IMG/VR virus record: IMGVR_UViG_3300030397_001062
Location: 1-32,089 of that record
Source of the DNA: a virus
Taxonomy: Duplodnaviria > Caudoviricetes
Reading direction: 5' to 3' (one strand)
Length of the DNA stretch: 32,089 nucleotides
Part shown: in pieces, positions 1-6,838 of the stretch
Numbering within the stretch: position 1 is the first letter of the stretch
Layout: every line of letters begins with the position of its first letter
Translations under genes and position numbers: made by a program
Notes under the pieces: generated by a model
Database searches by the model: none
Seen by the model: the letters and a program-made list of their open reading frames with translations, nothing else
What the model was told of the DNA's origin: nothing

Positions 1-184
1 CCGTTCGTTGACGAGCATCCCGGAAGGTTTCAACCCAACGGTCGGTGGCTCTCTCGATCTCCGTTCGTTGACGAGCATCCCGGAAGGTTTCAACCCAACG
101 GTCGGTGGCTCTCTCTATCTCAGTTCGTTGACGAGCATCCCGGAAGGTTTCAACCCAACGGTCGGTGGCTCTCTCGATCTCCGT
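1..184 (+). repeat. 60-bp tandem repeat, at least 3 units
   Basis: 1-60, 61-120 and 121-180 are identical except at positions 116 and 122. Confidence 0.97.
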
Positions 185-655
185 CCTGGTTTGCGGGCGG
201 AAACCAAAACGCCTCCCCCGGTAATTGGATTCGGTGAAAAACATGTGTTCGCAGACGGGATGTTTGGCGAAGTGATCTGCAAAAAGGAAAGGGACGGCAT
301 CACGACATGGAAGCTGGCCTGGGTCAACAAGAACAAGCCTGCTTTCTATCTCGTTCAACACGGTGAACATGCGGCACATGGCAAAACGATTCGCGATGCG
401 TTAATCGATGTTCGGTTCAAATCAGAATCACGCGACAGGTCTGACTACGAGGGCCTGGCGCTGGATCATGTCATGAGCTACGAAGACTGCGTGATCTGTT
501 ACCGGGTAATCACCGGGGCTTGCCAGTTTGGTGTAAGCGATTTTTTGGACAGCCGTCTGAAGGACGTCAAAGACGAGTACACGGTTGGGGAAATTATCGA
601 GTTGACCCGCGGTGAATACGGCGCTCACGCCTTTGCTTCATTTGTTGGGCGATGA
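2..655 (+). CDS. LRR-like 20-aa repeat phage protein (5' truncated by window edge)
   Basis: Open frame from the window edge. Three LTSIPEGFNPTVGGSL(D/Y)L(R/S) repeats precede a globular C-terminus (HGKTIRDA...YRVITGAC...GEYG). Confidence 0.8.
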   Translation, partial: RSLTSIPEGFNPTVGGSLDLRSLTSIPEGFNPTVGGSLYLSSLTSIPEGFNPTVGGSLDLRPGLRAETKTPPPVIGFGEKHVFADGMFGEVICKKERDGITTWKLAWVNKNKPAFYLVQHGEHAAHGKTIRDALIDVRFKSESRDRSDYEGLALDHVMSYEDCVICYRVITGACQFGVSDFLDSRLKDVKDEYTVGEIIELTRGEYGAHAFASFVGR

Positions 656-662
656 CCCATAG

Positions 663-700
663 AGGATCCACAGATTTCGCAGATTAACGCAGATTAGGAG
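663..700 (+). repeat. Dispersed CAGATT-triplet repeat, copy 1, ending in an RBS
   Basis: AGGATCCACAGATTTCGCAGATTAACGCAGATTAGGAG; 37/38 identical to 1023-1060. Confidence 0.95.
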
Positions 701-705
701 AAACC

Positions 706-879
706 ATGAATCAGCCTGTCAACGAACCATTGTACACCGTTGTGCTGACTAGTAGTCAGATATCGGCTGTCGTTACCGTGCTACGCGCCGCGGCAGAGAT
801 TCGCTGCGTAGAACACGACCCATTGAAAGATGCGATCAATTCTTTTGAGCGTTCCGTGGAGAGTCATGATGGCGATTAA
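706..879 (+). CDS. Small hypothetical protein (57 aa, MNQPVNEP...)
   Basis: AGGAG 5 nt before ATG 706, open to TAA 879; below the ORF-track length cutoff. Confidence 0.7.
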   Translation: MNQPVNEPLYTVVLTSSQISAVVTVLRAAAEIRCVEHDPLKDAINSFERSVESHDGD

Positions 880-1057
880 ACGCAAATGGGACATCCAGTT
901 CGGGGCCAATTGGTGGCTGTCACTGGGCATTCATATCGACCATACCGATCCCAGCATCACGTTTCACTTGCCCGGGTTGATCATCGTCATGGGCCGTTGC
1001 AAACAGCCGGGGTTCAGGAAGAAGGATCCACAGATTTCGCAGATTAATGCAGATTAG
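866..1057 (+). CDS. Small hypothetical protein whose C-terminus is encoded by the repeat (DPQISQINAD)
   Basis: GGAGAG before ATG 866/869; stop codon lies inside repeat copy 2. Confidence 0.6.
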   Translation: MMAIKRKWDIQFGANWWLSLGIHIDHTDPSITFHLPGLIIVMGRCKQPGFRKKDPQISQINAD

Positions 1058-1060
1058 GAG
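1023..1060 (+). repeat. Dispersed CAGATT-triplet repeat, copy 2
   Basis: AGGATCCACAGATTTCGCAGATTAATGCAGATTAGGAG, followed like copy 1 by 5 nt and ATGAATCAG. Confidence 0.95.
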
Positions 1061-1065
1061 TTGGG

Positions 1066-1557
1066 ATGAATCAGGAAACTCGCTTGGTTGGCCGTCGAAA
1101 GGTTTACGTGGCGTCTTCATGGCGAAACGTTGCACAACCGGGAGTCGTTGCAGCGATTCGCAGTTTGGGGCACGAGGTCTACGACTTTCGAAATCCGTCG
1201 AACGGTGGTCCGGATCCATTCGACGGGATGCTGGACGGTGGCTTTTCGTGGCGCGATATAGACGAACAGTGGCAATCGTGGGACGGCCATCAGTACATCA
1301 ACAATCTTTCGCACCCGTTGGCTGAGGCCGGTTACCGCGCGGACTTCGGCGCAATGGAGTGGGCTGACACGTTCGTTTTGGTACAGCCATGTGGTCGTTC
1401 TGCGCACCTTGAACTTGGCTGGGCTGTTGGTCAAGGGAAGACGACGGTCATGATGCTCGACGAACAAATTGAACCTGAGTTGATGGTCAAGATGTGCGAT
1501 CACATCTGCGTGGGACTGGGTGACGTTCTGGAACTGTTCGAAATGCTGAAGCGATAG
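1066..1557 (+). CDS. Nucleoside 2-deoxyribosyltransferase (NDT)-like protein
   Basis: KVYVASSWRN at the N-terminus and D...ADTFVLVQPCGRSAHLELGWAVGQGK, the typical NDT-fold ELG motif. Confidence 0.7.
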   Translation: MNQETRLVGRRKVYVASSWRNVAQPGVVAAIRSLGHEVYDFRNPSNGGPDPFDGMLDGGFSWRDIDEQWQSWDGHQYINNLSHPLAEAGYRADFGAMEWADTFVLVQPCGRSAHLELGWAVGQGKTTVMMLDEQIEPELMVKMCDHICVGLGDVLELFEMLKR

Positions 1558-1560
1558 TTG

Positions 1561-1583
1561 GCAGAAGGACGCAGATTAGGGAG
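1561..1583 (+). repeat. Partial CAGATT repeat copy (3' half plus RBS)
   Basis: GCAGAAGGACGCAGATTAGGGAG lies just after the NDT stop and before ATG 1590; GGACGCAGATTA is shared with the 4808 copy. Confidence 0.7.
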
Positions 1584-1712
1584 CCACGGATGATGAAACG
1601 AATCTGGCATTGTTTTAGCTGGCTGTTCAATCGGCGTTACCGCTGTTGGAAGGGAAAAGCTGTTCTACATGGCTTGTCATTTTGGTGAAGTTGGTACGGG
1701 GGAACTGGTGCG

Positions 1713-2015
1713 ATGATGTTCAAGGAATCAAAACTTCCCGTCAGGACTGGCAAGGAGCGCAAAGGCTCCAAATTCCTCGACTTTGTAATGGTTGTTGCCG
1801 CGGTTTTGATGTTGGTCACGGCGTGTTCGGCGGTTTGCCTTTTCTTCGCAGCGTGGGCAATCGGGATTTGGGCGGAAGGACAAAACGATCTTCGAAACAG
1901 GTTGTTTTATTCGTCGTTTTGGTGCCTTGCGTTTGCGTTCGTTTCTTTTGCCGTTGGCTTCGGGACAAGCGAGTTAGATGAACAGACGTACGGGAAAAGG
2001 AATGAAACGAAGTAA
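1713..2015 (+). CDS. Small membrane protein (2 TM)
   Basis: Two long hydrophobic stretches; overlaps the next start. Confidence 0.6.
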   Translation: MMFKESKLPVRTGKERKGSKFLDFVMVVAAVLMLVTACSAVCLFFAAWAIGIWAEGQNDLRNRLFYSSFWCLAFAFVSFAVGFGTSELDEQTYGKRNETK

Positions 2016-2433
2016 ACCAAAACCAAAGCGAAAGCGACCTCGTCACGGCACGATCAAGGTCAGCGGCAATCAGTTCGCGGCTGCCGATGAGGGCACGGAG
2101 CAAATCCTGATGGACCATGGCTTGCACGCTGATTCGGTGTTTTCCGGCGAGTTGATGAAATGCGTGATCTGCAATTGCCAGGAACAATCCGAGCCCGGTG
2201 TCGAGTCGCAATGGCGAGCGCTGACCGTTGACGGCAAGACCTGGTATGCCTGTCCGGACGAGTTCCCGCCCGATCGGGCGTCGCCCGAGAAATTCAAGAA
2301 CGCTTACCAGCGAGTCCTGATGGTGATTCAGTTCCAGCTGCAATTGCTGGATTTGACTCGCGAACAGGTCAAGGCGCTGCAGCTGCTGAAGAAGCCCGTT
2401 GACTGGAACGACGATTGGTGGGGGGAGAATTGA
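2002..2433 (+). CDS. Hypothetical protein, basic N-terminus, possible Zn-binding (CxxC...C)
   Basis: ATG 2002 after a purine-rich RBS; CVICNC and YACPDE motifs. Confidence 0.7.
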   Translation: MKRSKPKPKRKRPRHGTIKVSGNQFAAADEGTEQILMDHGLHADSVFSGELMKCVICNCQEQSEPGVESQWRALTVDGKTWYACPDEFPPDRASPEKFKNAYQRVLMVIQFQLQLLDLTREQVKALQLLKKPVDWNDDWWGEN

Positions 2434-2434
2434 T

Positions 2435-3769
2435 GTGCATGCTCTGCAATGGATTGAAAAGCATGGTCGTTATCGGCGCTTTGTCAAAGCGAACCAACTG
2501 CGCTACGCGCTGCAGCGTGAAAAGCGAACCTGTACCTGGTGTGGCAAGCCGGTCGGCAAGGGCCGTTCGAAATGGTGCAGCGACAAGTGCGTGGATGAAT
2601 ACCACGGCCGCATGGATCCACAGATCATTCGACGCCGTGTCGCCGAACGTGACCGCGGCGTCTGCGCGATGTGCGGTCACGATGCGACGGACTGGTCGCG
2701 AGAAATCGACATTCAATTGCGCACTTTCTATCTCCGGGTCTTCAATGTCCATCAATATGGTGGCTGCGATTGTCCGTGGTGCCAGTACCGCGATCGTCGC
2801 AAGTGGGAAGCGGATCATATCGTGCCTGTATGCGAGGGCGGCGGTTGCTGCACGATCGACAATTACCGCACGCTTTGCCTTACCTGTCACAAGGCGGAAT
2901 CAAAACGTCTCTCGCGGAGGCGTGCAATGATCGGCAAGGTTCACCACCAGGACGCCATCAAACTGATGCAGGAAATGCAGACGTGCGCGCTGAAGCCGGC
3001 TCTGCTGTTCGTCGATCCGCCGTTCAACATCGGCCGCGACTACGAAGGATACGACGACAAGAAGTCAAAGGCCGAGTTCGAGGACTTCATTGTCGATCTG
3101 TGCTGGCACGGTATCCGAACCATCGTCCCCGGCGGCATCTTCGCGATTCATTGTCCCGATGACATCGCCGCCCTGGTCCTGACACTCGAACACCACGAGG
3201 CATTGGACGAAGCTCGACGCGTGCACTGGATCAATTGGTATTACGGTTTCGGCCAGTGGACACGGTCAACGTTCATCCAGACTCGTTGTCATTTGCTGGT
3301 CTACACCAACACCGAGTTCAAACCGACCTTCAACGCCGACGACATCTTTATCGAAAGCCTGCGACGCAAGATTGGCGACCCTCGCGCCGTCGGACGCAAA
3401 GGCGACGATGGCCAATGGGAGGTTGAGCCCGCTGCGGACGAAGGCTGGGTCGTACCGGGCACTGTCTGGGGCATCGAGGACAACGACGGTCCGCATTGGG
3501 GCCGAGTCCAGGGGAACAACAACGAACGCTGGATCAAAAAGAACGGCGCGCTGGTCGATCACGACAACCAGTTGCCGGAGAACTATCTGGAACGAATCAT
3601 CCGCGCATGGACCAACCCGGGCGAACTGGTTTGCGATCCGTGCGGCGGGAGTGGCACAACGGCCGTCGTGGCCGAGGCCCTGCAACGACGCTGGATCACG
3701 GGGGACATTTCCAAAACGAACTGCGCCTCGATCCGGAGACGACTGAAGAAAGGAAGCGTAAGGCTATGA
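2435..3769 (+). CDS. HNH nuclease fused to a beta-class N6A/N4C DNA methyltransferase
   Basis: GTG 2435 after GGAG. HNH: RDRGVCAMC...WEADHIVP...GG...NYRTLCLTCH. MTase: motif IV DPPF precedes motif I DPCGGSGTT. In-frame ATG 2927 has its own GGAGG. Confidence 0.85.
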   Translation: MHALQWIEKHGRYRRFVKANQLRYALQREKRTCTWCGKPVGKGRSKWCSDKCVDEYHGRMDPQIIRRRVAERDRGVCAMCGHDATDWSREIDIQLRTFYLRVFNVHQYGGCDCPWCQYRDRRKWEADHIVPVCEGGGCCTIDNYRTLCLTCHKAESKRLSRRRAMIGKVHHQDAIKLMQEMQTCALKPALLFVDPPFNIGRDYEGYDDKKSKAEFEDFIVDLCWHGIRTIVPGGIFAIHCPDDIAALVLTLEHHEALDEARRVHWINWYYGFGQWTRSTFIQTRCHLLVYTNTEFKPTFNADDIFIESLRRKIGDPRAVGRKGDDGQWEVEPAADEGWVVPGTVWGIEDNDGPHWGRVQGNNNERWIKKNGALVDHDNQLPENYLERIIRAWTNPGELVCDPCGGSGTTAVVAEALQRRWITGDISKTNCASIRRRLKKGSVRL

Positions 3770-4320
3770 CAGCAATCGCCGGTCTTGTTGAAAACGGAGT
3801 GGTCTGGATTGGTGGCGATTCTGCCGGCGTCGGAGGCTACTCCATGCAGGTTCGCAGTGACCCCAAGGTGTTTCGAAACGGTGAGTTCCTGATCGGATAC
3901 ACGACGTCGTTTCGCATGGGCCAGATTCTGGAGCATCACCTGTCGCCACCCACACCCCACGAAGGCGATGCCGGCATGGACTACATGGTCAAACGTTTTA
4001 TTCCTGCGGTTAAGTCAGCGTTCAAAAGTAACGCGTTCCAAAGGTCTTTTGACGGGCGGGATTACGGTGGCGAGTTTCTTGTTGGTTATCGGAGCGAGCT
4101 TTACGTGATCGAATCGGACTATCAGGTTGCGCGTGTGTGCCAACAGTACTACGCCTGCGGCTGCGGAATGGATCTGGTGCTGGGAAGCCTTCACACAACA
4201 GACCAGTACGAGATGCCGCCACGCGAGCGGATCGAGTTGGCGTTGTCGGCCGCCGCTGAATTCAGCGCTGGCGTCTGCGAACCGTTCCACATTTTTTGCA
4301 CGGAGAAAGCAAGTGACTAG
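3766..4320 (+). CDS. HslV/proteasome beta-subunit-like Ntn-hydrolase
   Basis: ATGA-coupled start; M-T-A-I-A-G...GGDS...PKVF gives an N-terminal Thr, the Asp17-Ser and Lys33 equivalents, and a late ACGCG (GSG-equivalent) motif. Confidence 0.75.
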   Translation: MTAIAGLVENGVVWIGGDSAGVGGYSMQVRSDPKVFRNGEFLIGYTTSFRMGQILEHHLSPPTPHEGDAGMDYMVKRFIPAVKSAFKSNAFQRSFDGRDYGGEFLVGYRSELYVIESDYQVARVCQQYYACGCGMDLVLGSLHTTDQYEMPPRERIELALSAAAEFSAGVCEPFHIFCTEKASD

Positions 4321-4876
4321 CAAACCCAAAATCAAAACCGTTGAAGAGAACCCGACTGGACTTCATCAACGGTACGTCTTGACGAAGGCCGACGGATCAC
4401 CGGTCGATGACGATGCAGTCTACTTCGTGTTGCGACTGGACAAGTACGGTGACGACCCTGACCACACCCAGTTCTGTCGTGATGCGGCGCGAGAGTATTG
4501 CAAACGCGTCAACAACCGCACTGACGACGAACATCCGTTGCGTTTGGTCGGCAATGAACTGTGGAACCTGCTGAACGACATTGAAGGTGGCAATGTATAT
4601 CGCCAAGCCGCCCAAGGTGTCGTTAAAGGAAAGGAAGTTGCGGGCGAGATCCTGAAAGCAATCGGCATGGAGGATCGACGGGTTACGAAGATTGAAATCC
4701 TGTTTGAAAAGGATATTCCAGTGACGATCGTTTGTCGCTACCAGGCAGGCCCTGAACAAGCCGATGCGATTGTCAACTTTGTGACCAAGCGTGATTGGGA
4801 AGAAGTCGAGGATCCACAGATTTCGCAGACGGACGCAGATTATGACGTTGCGGGAGGAAACGAGAACGGATCGTGA
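4313..4876 (+). CDS. Hypothetical phage protein
   Basis: GTG 4313 after GGAG; GLHQRY...YFVLRLD N-terminal domain; repeat-encoded DPQISQTDAD near the C-terminus. Confidence 0.7.
   Translation: MTSKPKIKTVEENPTGLHQRYVLTKADGSPVDDDAVYFVLRLDKYGDDPDHTQFCRDAAREYCKRVNNRTDDEHPLRLVGNELWNLLNDIEGGNVYRQAAQGVVKGKEVAGEILKAIGMEDRRVTKIEILFEKDIPVTIVCRYQAGPEQADAIVNFVTKRDWEEVEDPQISQTDADYDVAGGNENGS
4808..4842 (+). repeat. Dispersed CAGATT-triplet repeat, copy 3
   Basis: GAGGATCCACAGATTTCGCAGACGGACGCAGATTA, running directly into ATG 4842. Confidence 0.9.
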
Positions 4877-5084
4877 TGGTGTGCCTTGCCGGGTGCTGTG
4901 CTGCAACGATGGCGCTCGAGATGAAGTCCACGCACGCGATCTGACAGACAGTCAAGTTGAGCATTGGTCTCGACGAATCGGGGCGGCCAATTTCCGGATT
5001 TGGAACATCCTAAAAGATGAAGCTGATCGACGCGGCATCAGTTCATCTGAAAACGACTGCCGCGGACAAGGAATGTTGTTCTGA
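4842..5084 (+). CDS. Hypothetical protein (80 aa)
   Basis: Fills the gap and ends 3 nt before the next ATG; start uncertain. Confidence 0.55.
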   Translation: MTLREETRTDRDGVPCRVLCCNDGARDEVHARDLTDSQVEHWSRRIGAANFRIWNILKDEADRRGISSSENDCRGQGMLF

Positions 5085-5087
5085 CCG

Positions 5088-5960
5088 ATGGATCGACAAC
5101 TGACATTACATGGCGTCATGGATGAGGCCGAGGCGAAGGAACTTTGTTACGAGCAACGAATGGCGCGGTTGAAAGAGCTGTTGCCGGCCGTCGGCATCAA
5201 TCCCAACACGACTACGTGGAAACTGGCTGTGATGATTTGTTTCCTGCCCAAACGAACACTTGGCCCCGTCGACTGGCGGAACGAGGATCTGGCGGCCGAC
5301 GAATTCATGCGTCACGAAAACGGCAAGCCGCCAAAGGTCTCCACCATCCAGGCATCGCTGCGTCGACTTCGCAAACTGGGCATCGTGCGGCAGACCTGGG
5401 ACGGCCAGCGGCATCGGTCTGTACGGGAGATAAACCACCATAAGGTCGCGTTGCTTTGCGACCAGTTGAGGGTGGATTCCACGGTGGATTCCACGGTGGA
5501 TTCCACCGTGGAATCCACCGTGGATTTGAGGGTTGAAAATTCGCGCGCCATATATGTACCTCTAACCTCTGAACCTCTTAACCCGTTAACCAATGAACCC
5601 CCGGAGGTCGAGACAAGGAAGGATTCGGGGCAGGGGTTAAGGGGTGAAGATTTACCACCAAAGGCTGCACCGGTCGCCACGGAATTCTCGTTGCACCAGC
5701 AGGAGCATCAGCAACGAGTTTGGGCGCTCGAGCTATTGGCCACTCACGATCTCGGCTGGGTAAGTCGTCTCTCGAAAGTCGATCGCGAAATCATCGACGA
5801 GCTGGTTGCCAACTACTCCAGCGATTTGGTCGCCGAAGCCGTCAGCCAAAACAACCAACATCTGCATGACCGCCGCAAGGCCGGCACCCCGGTCAACTAT
5901 CCGATCTCCAACCTGCGTCGCATCGCCGAACGCCTTGACGACGAGGAGCGCGGACGATGA
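5088..5960 (+). CDS. Putative phage replication initiator (N-terminal wHTH, repeat linker)
   Basis: STIQASLRRLRKLGIV wHTH-like segment; central (VDST)n linker encoded by tandem repeats, a lambda O-like layout. Confidence 0.6.
   Translation: MDRQLTLHGVMDEAEAKELCYEQRMARLKELLPAVGINPNTTTWKLAVMICFLPKRTLGPVDWRNEDLAADEFMRHENGKPPKVSTIQASLRRLRKLGIVRQTWDGQRHRSVREINHHKVALLCDQLRVDSTVDSTVDSTVESTVDLRVENSRAIYVPLTSEPLNPLTNEPPEVETRKDSGQGLRGEDLPPKAAPVATEFSLHQQEHQQRVWALELLATHDLGWVSRLSKVDREIIDELVANYSSDLVAEAVSQNNQHLHDRRKAGTPVNYPISNLRRIAERLDDEERGR
5472..5526. repeat. 12-bp tandem palindromic repeats, putative origin iterons
   Basis: GTGGATTCCACG-type unit x4.5; 5478-5524 is a perfect inverted repeat with 23-bp arms around T5501. 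Confidence 0.85.
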
Positions 5961-6553
5961 GCAAGTTGAAAGCACCCATTCTGCAAGGAGGAATCACGAT
6001 GAATCAAATGACCGGCTATTGCAAGGTTTCGCACTACCGGAGCGAAGGTGTCAGAGATGCCGTTGAGGCTCATTTGCGACGTTATGGGCACGAGTCATTC
6101 CAAATACAGGAGGACTCTATCTTGTTTGATATGCGGTACGGAAAGTCGCCAAATCATCATGTCTCTTTGTACGAAATAACAGGCGTCGGTCTGGAAGATT
6201 TGCTCCAATCCGAGCCCTATCCGGAGCACCGCCTTGGATGTGTTATTCAACAGGGTCAAACCATCATTCATGACCTTGGATATGGTTGGCGAAGCAGCAA
6301 GCAGCAGTACATCGAATTGACTGTTATTGGCGGACTGCGCGTATCGGATATCAGCACAGTGAAAATCGCCGTCAACGAGGCGCACGAGGTCGCCATCATC
6401 GTCGAACCCGATCAGCGTTATCAGGTCCAGATCGGATCAGCGTGTGACGAATGTGATGGACAACGCTATGTGGAAACTGAATCCACGCGCAAAGAATGCG
6501 AAGCGTGCGATGGCACCGGTCGCATACTTCCGCAAGGCGAGGATCAAGACTGA
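5957..6553 (+). CDS. Hypothetical protein with C-terminal DnaJ-type Zn finger
   Basis: CDECDG...CEACDGTG; ATGA coupling to the upstream gene. Confidence 0.7.
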   Translation: MSKLKAPILQGGITMNQMTGYCKVSHYRSEGVRDAVEAHLRRYGHESFQIQEDSILFDMRYGKSPNHHVSLYEITGVGLEDLLQSEPYPEHRLGCVIQQGQTIIHDLGYGWRSSKQQYIELTVIGGLRVSDISTVKIAVNEAHEVAIIVEPDQRYQVQIGSACDECDGQRYVETESTRKECEACDGTGRILPQGEDQD

Positions 6554-6828
6554 TGTCGCAAGAAAGAATCAATGATTTTCTGAAAGTCTTCGAAAGTCGC
6601 GTCACCGACCATGACGCATGGCGAATAACGATTGCTGCCTTCCTTGATGATTTGCTATCGAACGATCAGCAGTTGTTGGCGGCGTTGCTGGTTCGACATG
6701 CAAGACGCGAATTTGAAAGACTCGATGACAACGGATCGACTTCCATACCGGAACAGTTCACCCGGATCATGAATGACCTGGATATCGAATTCGCACGATG
6801 CGAGTACGTCTTAAATCCGACCGAATGA
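6553..6828 (+). CDS. Hypothetical protein (91 aa)
   Basis: TGATG coupling; GAGG upstream. Confidence 0.65.
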   Translation: MSQERINDFLKVFESRVTDHDAWRITIAAFLDDLLSNDQQLLAALLVRHARREFERLDDNGSTSIPEQFTRIMNDLDIEFARCEYVLNPTE

Positions 6829-6838
6829 GGAACAGGGC

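Noticed and set aside
1-184. DGR variable/template repeat
   Set aside because: The repeats are tandem and in frame, the differences are not consistently at adenines, and no reverse transcriptase is in the window.
663-1060. CRISPR array from the ~38-bp repeats
   Set aside because: The intervals are hundreds of bp, irregular and protein-coding; no cas genes are present.
2614-2625. Further CAGATT-repeat copy (GGATCCACAGAT) inside the HNH gene
   Set aside because: Only 12 bp, mid-domain and without the downstream units; it may be a relic but cannot be supported.
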